IMG/VR virus record: IMGVR_UViG_3300013133_000005
Coordinates: 1 to 60,369 of that record
Direction: 5' to 3' (one strand)
Length of the DNA: 60,369 bases
From: a virus
Lineage: Duplodnaviria; Caudoviricetes
Shown: positions 39,501-47,087 of the stretch, piece after piece
Position numbering within the stretch: the stretch's first letter is position 1
How the letters are laid out: every line of letters begins with the position of its first letter
Notes under the pieces: generated by a model
The model's database searches: none
Told to the model about the DNA's origin: nothing
The model's input: the letters and a program-made list of their open reading frames with translations, nothing else
Made by a program: the position numbers and the translations under genes

Positions 39501-41547
39501 CAAGGAAGCTGAGTCGATGAAGCCGTCTTCAAGTATGTTGAAGACGGGATACGATTCGGTTCTCAACGCTCCAGCGATGGATATGGTTGTAGGCAGCTGG
39601 CTTGCATCAACCGGCAGGGGTGGTTCAGACACCGGTCTGAAATTCGACAGCGTTGACGATGCCATAAAGGCACTCAAGGCGGGTACGATCAATTATGCGG
39701 ACCGTGTAACCATTGATGGGCGCAAGGCTACGCTGGCAATACATGACATCAATGAATCTGTCCCAGATGACATGAAAAGGTGGGACATAACCCTTGATAA
39801 TAAGGGCGTGTCTGGGTGGATCAAAGATGTCACCAAATCCCATAACGGCAAATTGGGACTTCAACTTGCCGACAAGATCAAGCAGGTTGGAAACAATTAC
39901 GTTACCACTTTTGGCTTCACCCTTGGTCTTTCAGACACCATCGCCGACAAAGAGGTTCGCAACAAGGTATTGAAAGAGGCCAAAAAGAAGGTCAAACCTG
40001 GCGATGACATGAGTGTCATCAAGGCGTACGCTGAAGCCAAGAGCGCTGGTGAGAAAATGCTGGTTGAAAAGCATGGAGATAAAACCATGCTAGGCATAGG
40101 CATCAAGTCTGGTGGTGGCAAGGGGATTGGAAATACCGCCGCCATCACGTTGATGCCGGGAATTGTCATGGACGCCCAAGACCGGCCGATTCCAATGCCA
40201 ATCACCAGATCGTACTCAGAAGGGCTTGATACATTCGGATATTGGGCTGCTGCCCATGGTGCTCGTGGCGGAAACATCAAGAAGTCCATATCGTCGTCAA
40301 AGCCTGGATGGATGACGAAGGATCTGATCAACTCGATTTATGAGACCAGGATTGCCACCGAAGATCCAATGGATAACGAAGGGATCGAGTACGACATTGG
40401 GGACCGCAAGGGGATTGCCAACCGGTATCTTGCACAGGACGTGAAAGACACTGGCGGCAAGATTATTGGAAAGCGCGGAGACCTTATTGATAGCGATCTG
40501 ATCAACAAAATGATGGCCAGAAAGATATCAAAGGTGTTTGTACAATCTCCAATTTCGGATCCATCTCCAGGCGATGGATTTTCAAGCTGGTCGTATGGTG
40601 CCGACTACGATGGTAAGAGGCACAATCGTGGCGACCATATCGGCATCATCTCGTCGCATACAATCACGGAGCCGTCGGTCAACCTGGCCATGAAGTCGTT
40701 TCACACCGGTGGCGCATTCGAAATTGCCAAACGATCAACTGGTACATTTTTTGATGCCCTTGATAGAACGCTGAGATTTACACAAAACCTACCAGACAAG
40801 GGCACCCTGTCCAGCATCGACGGCGTCGTGAAATCAATCAAACCATCGTCCATCGGCGGATACGACGTTATTATTAATGACGGAGATGTTGAAGAAGTGC
40901 GATATGTTCAACCGGGTAACCACGTATCAGTCAAGGAAGGGCAGAGGGTATCAAAGGGTGCGCAGCTTGATGATGGAATACCAAGCCCTCACGACATGCT
41001 GAAATATCGCGGGATGCGAGAGGCTCAGAAATTCCTTGTCAAAAGGATAGATGCCCTTACTGATAACAAGCTCGATAAGCGCGACATTGAGACAATTGTT
41101 CGTGGCATAACCAATACCACAAAGGTGATGAAGCCAGGATCAAGCAATTATGTTCCTGGGGACGTCGCACCACTATCTACGATTGAATGGTACAACAAGA
41201 ACAATCGCAGAGAAGAAGATGTTGACAATGCGACCGGGGATCATTTTGCGGTCGACCAATTCGGATATAAGCAAGGCATCAAGATCACTGATGCTATCAA
41301 AAAAGACCTGCGCAAAAAAGGCGTCAAGAGGCTTGATGTGTTCAAAGACCGCATCAAGCATGAACCGTTCCTGACGCCTGCAGGCATTGGAGCGAAGTCT
41401 GCAACTGGAGAAGACTGGATAGCCAGACTCGCACATAACCGCATCAAGCAGGTTCTTGAAGAAGGAACGACACAGGGTTGGAAATCTATTGCTTCTGACA
41501 CGGGGCACCCAATCCCTCAGTATATTACAGGCGAGTACACATGGTAA
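33568..41547 (+). CDS. DNA-directed RNA polymerase, fused beta-beta' subunits, intein-containing
   Basis: beta motifs (HTPEGGNIG, SKMQEQA, GYNYEDS, DKISGLHGNK, HKFSAR, GRME) then beta' motifs (RQDLVGRS, NRAPTLHR, GDFDGD, HGARGG, EPSVNLAMKSFHTGG); true start probably 33607 or 33619. Confidence 0.95.
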   Translation: MVWYIHGVLSSILMDRKMPTTSEQKVLQRIINLSAEQRNNIFMKDSVVETAKQILDGIESEGTKLVVRDVFVKERFDNADIQSQQEIRNKGQTWGDELRANLDVVDSVTGKKIDSVNGIKIATIPKMTDRGTYLINGNEFEFTRQARLKPGVYTKVQNNGEISSFFNVDKTVDFERGFNNNFKISFNPERRAFFMQYGTKNIPLINAMRALGATKDEMQRMWGKDVYEANASAYDKHENRDQNKFYLAVFGKNPDPKATQEQIQQEIKQRLFDTELDPDVTQITLGKRYSKVDKGAILDASKKVIDIHRGDVEPDDREALIFKSFHDADDHVRERLIKNADKIRSNIRFKLGKTRQINKSMSTQTFDPFISGTLTTSVLANPPSQTNVMSIVGDTTKMTVMGEGGIGSANAVTNDTRQISNSEAGFIDPLHTPEGGNIGIAVHIGIKTVKMGNDLYSQFYNMSGEKQMLRPVDTYNQYVAFPDQYDVSGGNMKAKSGTIKAVYRGKLVDVPKSKIDLVISSPINMFDTSANMIPFLDSIQGNRGLTASKMQEQALPLKFREKPLFKIVDEKRRSLSESIASNFGLPKATDDGVVESVTDRAITIRMKDGETKKFPLYKDFSLNAESFISNIPRVSVGDRVVKGQVLADNNFTQDGQVTVGANLRVAYLPYKGYNYEDSAIISESAAKKLTSEHMYDLKARKSSKGVFSREKFRAYYPEEMSAKVAEKLDKDGVIKPGQRVERDDIIIAHLERRTPTADDIAVGRLDKQLKRDMTSHAVKWDHDSVGVVTSVQKHGNNVVVNVKSEEPLKVADKISGLHGNKHIISKIVPDDQMPYNPETGERIDLTMSPIGVSNRINTSQLLENAAGKIAAKTGKQYEVQNFRDVDNTKQLLEDLKAAGLSDKDVLIDPETNKPFINPVANGVSHIMKLEHRIDHKFSARYREGYDSNEQPASGGPEGAKNLGRMEFAALLARGADANLKEMFKIKGQRNDEYWRAMEMGQSLPPPKNAFVWDKMLAMMAGSGINVEQKGKTFTMKPMTDKDIDSISTGELSKPTETYRKKDLAPINGGLFDPSKAGGIHGDNYTHFKLPEKILNPITEAAVASMLDMPQTRLVNIIDGKQFVDRTTGKLVDPGTPNSFSGGPAVELLLSRIDVDGDLKSLKDLAQTTKNSTALNKYNKRIKYLRALKENGLQPTDYMMSKVLVVPSKYRPMFTMGTDGTVIMSDVNELYQQAAHTAESVSELKSSLKEVVKDKDAQDLHLAEVRGQMYQDVKAVAGLREPTAFLHRVKDKKGFISQIDGGKKQSKEGFFQDKVFERRQDLVGRSTIILNPELGGDEMGIPKSMAEKIFRPFIMKKMVSWGYSPLEAQRHIKEKTSIFNRALEVVSDERLVIANRAPTLHRWNMTAFKPKLTDGKSIEVPSVVINRNFGGDFDGDCTLSNVIIAINFNELQREIQKNQKIRFDSDFYIDLSSNIDYITSILKPMEVRMPSVEKLLVDHEVVVHMHISQFPRIEETKKVKDNGNEEYDVPDGVSIFTIDNVTHEFSKVPVKTFSIHKNLPNYTIETSSGDSMLLSHDQSAVAINRATWEIERVTPEDLQDGRMIPKIKNTNIAETIFEVPLIDYSTSEGPSHNPTNHCKKSVKLNNDFGWLIGAMVGDGWVSNSIGTHQLCLAAMDENIGAKFCRVVNTMLDRDATPTIIDRPHEFEGRKCFSRKYSITTTALTNNFVPWIGRGAYNKHLPPFYMSAPREFREGLLSGLLDTDGAVCWLQKKNGRQFNIQYSSMSEVLIDEIVSLCRSLGISASISLGNKRPGGIERRAVLSTNTVHGKKLSLVHRDKSKAFAEFCSSALKDSSISARQDLVPFSPEILMIAKEFVHHIENKALYNNINDSKRYRWRISRQSAKRLIALDLNHRLPQRWVDIVNNENVTWIYATSVRLNRHGVDMYDITAPGPYTFMLSNGIIVQDTFQIHTPISPKALKEAESMKPSSSMLKTGYDSVLNAPAMDMVVGSWLASTGRGGSDTGLKFDSVDDAIKALKAGTINYADRVTIDGRKATLAIHDINESVPDDMKRWDITLDNKGVSGWIKDVTKSHNGKLGLQLADKIKQVGNNYVTTFGFTLGLSDTIADKEVRNKVLKEAKKKVKPGDDMSVIKAYAEAKSAGEKMLVEKHGDKTMLGIGIKSGGGKGIGNTAAITLMPGIVMDAQDRPIPMPITRSYSEGLDTFGYWAAAHGARGGNIKKSISSSKPGWMTKDLINSIYETRIATEDPMDNEGIEYDIGDRKGIANRYLAQDVKDTGGKIIGKRGDLIDSDLINKMMARKISKVFVQSPISDPSPGDGFSSWSYGADYDGKRHNRGDHIGIISSHTITEPSVNLAMKSFHTGGAFEIAKRSTGTFFDALDRTLRFTQNLPDKGTLSSIDGVVKSIKPSSIGGYDVIINDGDVEEVRYVQPGNHVSVKEGQRVSKGAQLDDGIPSPHDMLKYRGMREAQKFLVKRIDALTDNKLDKRDIETIVRGITNTTKVMKPGSSNYVPGDVAPLSTIEWYNKNNRREEDVDNATGDHFAVDQFGYKQGIKITDAIKKDLRKKGVKRLDVFKDRIKHEPFLTPAGIGAKSATGEDWIARLAHNRIKQVLEEGTTQGWKSIASDTGHPIPQYITGEYTW
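37873..39462 (+). mobile_element. intein with LAGLIDADG homing endonuclease (530 aa)
   Basis: Starts with Cys right after DFDGD; LIGAMVGDG and LLSGLLDTDG; ends MYDIT...FMLSNGIIVQD followed by Thr. Confidence 0.9.
37970..38031 (+). promoter_or_regulatory. internal promoter, SD-sequestering hairpin and in-frame ATG inside the intein
   Basis: TTGACT-N17-TATATT; TTACCTCCATA/TATGGAGGTAA 11-bp stem; ATG at 38029. Confidence 0.7.
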
Positions 41548-41557
41548 AGGAGATAGA

Positions 41558-42493
41558 ATGAATCAAGCAATTTTGGACATTTCAAGACAAATCGATGATC
41601 GAAGAAGCACGCTGAATGCGCTATCTCAAGAAATAGACAAAACTGCTGCGGCTGGTTTTCTTAAGACATTGCTTAGCCCCGGCAGCGCCATACGAAGGGG
41701 AGCAGAAGAGGCTTTTACAGCAGTCAGAAACAAAGCGATGAGTGCAGCGTATGCCGCACATCCAAAAGTTGATGTTCTTCCTCGTGCCTCAGAACTTATA
41801 GGACAGCATCGTAGAGAAGTTCATGGCGCTGCCAAGAACATGTCTGAATTGGCCAGTCGGCAAGCAAGACTTACTACGAAGAACAACAAGATTCTACAAC
41901 AAGCCGAAAAATCGCAATCTTCATATCGTAAGAAATATGACGTCCTGAATGCAAAGCGGAAACAACTCGAAGCATCGCCCATCAGGCAGAAAATTGATCA
42001 GGCCGCATCAAAGTTTGGGTTCGGCATTAAAGACCGAATGGTCAAGACGAGGGCGCAACATCGAAGGGTTTTGAATAGGCAGGGCGACAAATCGATAGCG
42101 ATTGACAAGCAGATGATATCGAATCAGGCAAGGCTTGATAGGGCTTCTTCCAATTACCAGAAACTTACAACCACCGGACGCCAGGAAGTTATTGGAAATC
42201 TGAAGAAACTTCGAAATGAAGCGTCTGCCCCACGGCAACACCGCCAAGCAATGGTGAATAGCGCCACTAAACAACAAAAAGACACGTATGAGTTTGCAAG
42301 GCGTATGGAAAAGCCATTAAATTACATGGCTAGGGCGGGCCTGGCTGGAGTCGGATCGCTTGCTGCGGTGGGTGGTATTTCTATGGCAAGAAATGCTGGT
42401 AACAATAGCTCTCAACAACAGTCATACTATCAACCACGGTACTATCAACAACAGCCTGCATATCAACAGCAACCACAACAGTATTATCAGTAA
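41558..42493 (+). CDS. basic coiled-coil protein, probably virion-internal
   Basis: SD AAGGAG; EIDKTAAAG; Gly/Ala hydrophobic segment; Q/Y-rich tail. Confidence 0.6.
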   Translation: MNQAILDISRQIDDRRSTLNALSQEIDKTAAAGFLKTLLSPGSAIRRGAEEAFTAVRNKAMSAAYAAHPKVDVLPRASELIGQHRREVHGAAKNMSELASRQARLTTKNNKILQQAEKSQSSYRKKYDVLNAKRKQLEASPIRQKIDQAASKFGFGIKDRMVKTRAQHRRVLNRQGDKSIAIDKQMISNQARLDRASSNYQKLTTTGRQEVIGNLKKLRNEASAPRQHRQAMVNSATKQQKDTYEFARRMEKPLNYMARAGLAGVGSLAAVGGISMARNAGNNSSQQQSYYQPRYYQQQPAYQQQPQQYYQ

Positions 42494-42507
42494 TACCAGG
42501 AGGAAAT

Positions 42508-43182
42508 ATGAGCAGCGTACTCATCAAATTGGCAGATTCTGTCAACACGACCGACAGAAACACTTCGATTGCGGGGAATGAGAACGGATCTTCAGACACC
42601 AGTGTCTCTTCGGCAAAGACTCCGAACATGGAAAAGGCAGCCCCAGGAGTAAGCTCTTCTGAGGAACAGCCGGCGGCACAGCCAGAACCGCAGGGTGAGC
42701 CAACTCCTAATATTGGCGTTGCAATTATTGACATGTTTGCACAGAACGACGACATTGCGGATAGCGATTTTCATGCGTTTGCAGAACAGCTTGGTATCGA
42801 TGTTCACATGGCGGAGCAGGCTGCTTACAAGCTCGCTGGAATTGCTGCCCGACTGATTCGTGGCGGCAAGTTTGCAGAATCCGGATTGACATACGATGAT
42901 CTTGATCCAGAGCAGCTCCAGATGGGAATCGAGATCGAACAAGAGCACACCCCTGACATTGAGGTCGCGACAAAGATTACTGCAGACCATCTGTGCGAAA
43001 ACCCAATGTACTATTCATATCTGACTGAAATGGAAAGTCTTGCTGAAGAAGATATGGGTGGAGGACAAGAGCAAGGGCAAGAGCAGCAGAATGGTCAAGA
43101 ACAACAAGATCCACAGGAAGAGCAAGGACAAGTCCAAGCAACTGGGACAAATAACAATTCTGAAACCCCATTCCAATCGTGA
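42508..43182 (+). CDS. DUF5661-like phage protein
   Basis: QLQMGIEIEQEHT...ITADHLCENPMYYSYL. Confidence 0.7.
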   Translation: MSSVLIKLADSVNTTDRNTSIAGNENGSSDTSVSSAKTPNMEKAAPGVSSSEEQPAAQPEPQGEPTPNIGVAIIDMFAQNDDIADSDFHAFAEQLGIDVHMAEQAAYKLAGIAARLIRGGKFAESGLTYDDLDPEQLQMGIEIEQEHTPDIEVATKITADHLCENPMYYSYLTEMESLAEEDMGGGQEQGQEQQNGQEQQDPQEEQGQVQATGTNNNSETPFQS

Positions 43183-43185
43183 TGG

Positions 43186-43230
43186 GTAAAAAAAGCTCAT
43201 AGGGAAAATGAGTCGAGATTGCTCTCAACT
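43186..43230 (-). ncRNA. candidate ~45-nt small RNA
   Basis: Motif at 43231-43251, then GUUGAGA-GCAA-UCUCGAC hairpin, short stem and U7. Confidence 0.4.
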
Positions 43231-43253
43231 CATTATAGTTATTTCACCAATTA

Positions 43254-43406
43254 GGTAAAAATAACAGAACAGGCCAATGGGTGTCAGGAATGGAGTCGGG
43301 TCTGCCGGGTAGCGGCTCGCCAACATTCCATTCCTGACACCGACCGTGCGGGACATACCGCTAGATATTGGATTCGGTTATCCATATCTCGGCCGCCTGA
43401 ATCTTC
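43254..43406 (-). ncRNA. candidate ~150-nt structured small RNA
   Basis: Motif at 43407-43427; GGTGTCAGGAATGGA/TCCATTCCTGACACC 15-bp stem; ends TTTTTACC. Confidence 0.5.
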
Positions 43407-43440
43407 CACAATAATTATTCCACAAACCACCGTAGAATAA

Positions 43441-44082
43441 CTATCGTGCCTTGATACCGTAGGTCTTGGCAAGTTCGCCGATTGACGCCGCGATATCTTT
43501 CTGATTGACGCTGTCGAGAGCATTGCCAACAAGATTGACAGTTGACCGCTCTTTCTCTGTTGACAATTCGCTCAACTTTCGACATCCATCCAAAGACATC
43601 GATACTTCAACGCCAATCCTGTCGAGCTTTTGCTGCAGCCAGATTGAAAGCGTATGCTTCTTGATCTTGTTTGCCGGCCAGTAGCCGATCAAACGAGAAC
43701 TGTAGATCACTGTCTTTCCTGCGTCCTTGTTTGCGCGGCGCTTGATTGCCGATATGACGCGGAGGTCGAGTTCGTACAGATCAATTTCATTGGCATCAAC
43801 AACGCTTGCGTTGAATGCCTTCCGTGCTTTTTCGGCAGTTTTGCATGCCGATATCTTGTCAAGCGCCTGCTTGTTCAGCATCAAGGCGGGATGCCTTCTG
43901 AACAAGAATGGCGCCCAGCGCGCGTTCTTTTTCAACAGCAGCTCGGCCAAACGATATGATCCGATGCCTGGGGTCTCGTCGATCAATTGCAACTGAGCCT
44001 GTACCATCTCGTCGGGTATGGGGATGTACTGGCGGTCGCCAATTGCCTCGCTATTGACCGGCACCTTCTTCTGCTTGGCCAT
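43441..44082 (-). CDS. hypothetical basic protein
   Basis: 213 aa. Confidence 0.6.
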   Translation of the reverse strand: MAKQKKVPVNSEAIGDRQYIPIPDEMVQAQLQLIDETPGIGSYRLAELLLKKNARWAPFLFRRHPALMLNKQALDKISACKTAEKARKAFNASVVDANEIDLYELDLRVISAIKRRANKDAGKTVIYSSRLIGYWPANKIKKHTLSIWLQQKLDRIGVEVSMSLDGCRKLSELSTEKERSTVNLVGNALDSVNQKDIAASIGELAKTYGIKAR

Positions 44083-44537
44083 TATACGACACCGCTATTC
44101 TGAAGGTTGTACAGCACGACCTTCATGACGTTGAACTCACGCTTGATTTCGGAGATATCTGCCGCGATCGAAGCGATGGCGCTGTCGGAAGACTGAGCCT
44201 GTTGTATCTGCTGCGCCTGGGCCTGAGCCTTGGCCTGCACTTTTGCCTTGTGGATCTTTCTTGCCTTTTTGGTGGCTTCTCCTGCGCGCTGAAGTTTGCG
44301 CACACAATTCATCGCCTTGGCGACCCGGTCAGGGGTGATGGGGCCACTCCACTTGTAGGCCCCATCGCCGTTCTTGTGCACGAATCCGCACTGCGACAAG
44401 GCCGTGGTGTACAGGAAATTCGACATGCCGACCTTCTTCACAGCCAGGCCGAGATTGGTGACCTTCGCCGAGTCAATAAGCGACTTCAGCTTGATCATGC
44501 CATTCCGCACATCTGCAACCGGTGTTACATAACGCAT
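44082..44537 (-). CDS. hypothetical protein
   Basis: Start MRYVTP with SD GAGGGAGG. Confidence 0.6.
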   Translation of the reverse strand: MRYVTPVADVRNGMIKLKSLIDSAKVTNLGLAVKKVGMSNFLYTTALSQCGFVHKNGDGAYKWSGPITPDRVAKAMNCVRKLQRAGEATKKARKIHKAKVQAKAQAQAQQIQQAQSSDSAIASIAADISEIKREFNVMKVVLYNLQNSGVV

Positions 44538-44602
44538 GACACCTCCCTCATTGTAGGTAAAAGAATGGCGCCCACACGAATGTGTGAGCGCCAATGGACG
44601 CC

Positions 44603-44884
44603 TTACTTGTCGGCAGGCAAGAACATTATCTTGCCTACCCAGGCTATCGCTGTGGCGCGGTCGAGAATCCAGTTATCCCCAACTACTTCCCCGAATTTCG
44701 ACAATGCCTCATGCAGTCCCTGTATCGCCAGCAGGACCGAGCATGCCTCCTCGGGATGATGTTTTGCGGCCTCGACGATTTGAACCACCTCCCGCTGAAA
44801 CTGGGCGCCAACCTCCTTGCCGTACTTCTTCGCACCCGCAGGGTCTACCCCTCTGAGAAAACTAAGAATCCGCTTCTTGTCCAC
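44603..44884 (-). CDS. hypothetical protein
   Basis: GTG start with SD GGGAGGGG. Confidence 0.5.
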   Translation of the reverse strand: MDKKRILSFLRGVDPAGAKKYGKEVGAQFQREVVQIVEAAKHHPEEACSVLLAIQGLHEALSKFGEVVGDNWILDRATAIAWVGKIMFLPADK

Positions 44885-44956
44885 TGCTGCCCCTCCCTGG
44901 CGGGATCTCCGCCGTTGAATGATGTGCGGGCGCCATCGTAATGGCATGTCCCACAC

Positions 44957-44977
44957 TACTACTGTTATTCCACAAAT
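44957..44977 (-). promoter_or_regulatory. recurrent 21-bp motif copy
   Basis: ATTTGTGGAATAACAGTAGTA. Confidence 0.6.
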
Positions 44978-45027
44978 CTGAGAAAACTAACAGGTATATT
45001 ACAGATGCGAATTGCAAGGAGGGCAGT

Positions 45028-46392
45028 ATGAATGAGACCACATATGTGTCGGTTCCATGCGTCTGCACCGGACGAATAACAAGCAAGTTGGAAGACCAAA
45101 ACGGTCTGTTTGAAGTTCAAATACACAAGTCTCCAACAGGAGACTTCACTGCCCCGATCCACTGTGACTTGATATATTCGCCAGGGACAGAAGGAAACTT
45201 CAAGGTAGGCCATACCGTGAAGGTTCTAGTCAATTTCTGGTACGGCGGAGTCGAGCGTGGCTACAAAGATGTAGACCACTCTCGCGGACATTACATACTC
45301 GGGCTGTACAATGAGAAGTCAATTATGGGAGATGTTGGCACCGATCATCCCATAGCTTACAATGACAGCGACCGCATGGGACTCAAGAATCCGATAAGTC
45401 TGGCAGCGCTCGTTCTTACAGACAGCGGTTCAGCACAGCTCGTGTCTGGCGGGGCGACGAGCCTTCTGTTGACATCATTTGGCAATGGCCTCAATGAGAA
45501 CTCATGTCGAATTACCGCCCAGAACCATCATCGCATCGTCGGCCAGAATGGGCCATTCTATCTTGCCAGAGAACACTTCGGCGTGTACCTTGGAGCCAAT
45601 GATGATGATAAGATGTCCAAGGCTACACCAGAGGATTGTCTTGTTTCGTATCGTCGATTTGTGACTCAGTCCCAGAGTATTGAGAATTACGTCTCTACAT
45701 GCGAAGGCGCATTCAATCCGTGGCTTGGCCCGAACAATGATAGCGACAGCATTACTAAGGGCCGCGAGACACTGTTCGCCAAGATTGTCAATTACAAAGA
45801 CAAGCGATTGACCATTGAAGCTGGAGAGCCTGGTGAAGAATTCGTCAAGATCAGAATTGATGATGTAATCAATCCAGAAAAAGATGCATCTGGCTCTGCG
45901 TCCCCGGCAACCGTAGGAAACCGATTCAAGCTCACGATAAGCGATGAAGGCGAAGTTGTTCTCAGGGCCGGCGGCAAGGGCATACCATCATCCAACCAAA
46001 ACGCCTTCGCATTGAAGATTACGGCTGACGGTGATCTCCTCATCAATACGGCGAACTCCATTGTTATGACTCATGGTGATCAGGACGAACCTCAGAATTC
46101 AATCAAGATGAGCAAAGACTCTGGCATTGAGATCATGGCTAAAAAGGGCATGAAGGTCAATGGGGTAGAGCTTGTAACGAAGGCATATCTTGACTGGATG
46201 CAAAAATATCAGGCTGCTCTTTGTCAGGTTACGACCATTGGTGGGCCTGCACCAATTCACCCATCGGCACTGCCAGAATTCACATCTGGGCTGTCGTCTC
46301 CAATGGCGGCCAACGGGTTCACGACGACTGAGGTATCTGGTGCGCCAACAGGCATCATACAGGATCAGGATTCGCACACTTCATCAGCATAG
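45028..46392 (+). CDS. putative baseplate hub/spike (gp5/VgrG-like) protein
   Basis: OB-fold-like N-terminus, beta-rich repeats (LTISDEGEVVL, LKITADGDLLI, IKMSKDSGIEI); SD GGAGG. Confidence 0.5.
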   Translation: MNETTYVSVPCVCTGRITSKLEDQNGLFEVQIHKSPTGDFTAPIHCDLIYSPGTEGNFKVGHTVKVLVNFWYGGVERGYKDVDHSRGHYILGLYNEKSIMGDVGTDHPIAYNDSDRMGLKNPISLAALVLTDSGSAQLVSGGATSLLLTSFGNGLNENSCRITAQNHHRIVGQNGPFYLAREHFGVYLGANDDDKMSKATPEDCLVSYRRFVTQSQSIENYVSTCEGAFNPWLGPNNDSDSITKGRETLFAKIVNYKDKRLTIEAGEPGEEFVKIRIDDVINPEKDASGSASPATVGNRFKLTISDEGEVVLRAGGKGIPSSNQNAFALKITADGDLLINTANSIVMTHGDQDEPQNSIKMSKDSGIEIMAKKGMKVNGVELVTKAYLDWMQKYQAALCQVTTIGGPAPIHPSALPEFTSGLSSPMAANGFTTTEVSGAPTGIIQDQDSHTSSA

Positions 46393-46409
46393 GTAAAAAA
46401 CGCGGGGAG

Positions 46410-46655
46410 CTAGTCCCCGCGAGTCTTGTCGATCACCCGGACTCCGCGTAGGCGCGCGAAGCCCAACAATGAGTCGTGGATTTCTGCCTCACCCAGCGTG
46501 CGGTTCAGGACTATCGTACCCCAGCCCTTCAGGGCGCGGGACAGCACCTTCCTCCGGGCGTCTGCGTTCCCGGAGAAATTATCGAAAGCCGACAAAAACA
46601 ACCACGTCGGCAATCCACTTTCAGTCGCCATCTTGTGGGCTGCGTAAGACGTCAT
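46410..46655 (-). CDS. hypothetical protein in a single-gene cassette
   Basis: 81 aa; motif at 46702-46722 upstream, TTTTTTACC downstream. Confidence 0.55.
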   Translation of the reverse strand: MTSYAAHKMATESGLPTWLFLSAFDNFSGNADARRKVLSRALKGWGTIVLNRTLGEAEIHDSLLGFARLRGVRVIDKTRGD

Positions 46656-46741
46656 GGGGATCCCCCTGGAAGTCCTCGCCTGTATGGCGATTTAAGGCTT
46701 CCATAATGGTTATTCCAGATTTCACAATGACATAACCACTA

Positions 46742-46770
46742 TTGCTTTCGCGAATGGTCAATGGTAGATT
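46742..46770 (+). promoter_or_regulatory. sigma70-like promoter
   Basis: TTGCTT-N17-TAGATT with TGn extension. Confidence 0.5.
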
Positions 46771-46791
46771 ATATTATGGCAAGGAGAACCA

Positions 46792-47073
46792 ATGGAGCCA
46801 GTCAAAATAACATTGTCTGCTCTTGGCTTATCAATTGTCGGCGACATTGAGGCGTTCATAAAAGCCAACAATGATGCCGCTGCGCTGGCGTCTTCATCGT
46901 CACCAGACGATGGGGCAAAAGCCCTCGCGAACGCAATCGCATACGGAATCGCAAAAGCACTAACGAGCCCATCAGTTCAGGCTGCCATGTCTGCCGGAGT
47001 GTGCGGAACCCCCGGAACGCCTGTTGGCACACTGATATTCAATATCTTGAAACCTCAATGCATTGAACCATAA
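46792..47073 (+). CDS. small putative baseplate/virion protein
   Basis: 93 aa, KALANAIAYGI, SD AAGGAG. Confidence 0.55.
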   Translation: MEPVKITLSALGLSIVGDIEAFIKANNDAAALASSSSPDDGAKALANAIAYGIAKALTSPSVQAAMSAGVCGTPGTPVGTLIFNILKPQCIEP

Positions 47074-47087
47074 CAAAAGGAATTCAT

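Noticed and set aside
33648-41508. Many antisense and out-of-frame ORFs within RNAP and other long genes
   Set aside because: Shadow ORFs with no motifs or ribosome-binding sites
33568-41547. Host chromosomal rpoBC locus
   Set aside because: No ribosomal-protein context, divergent motifs, flanked by portal, terminase and other phage genes
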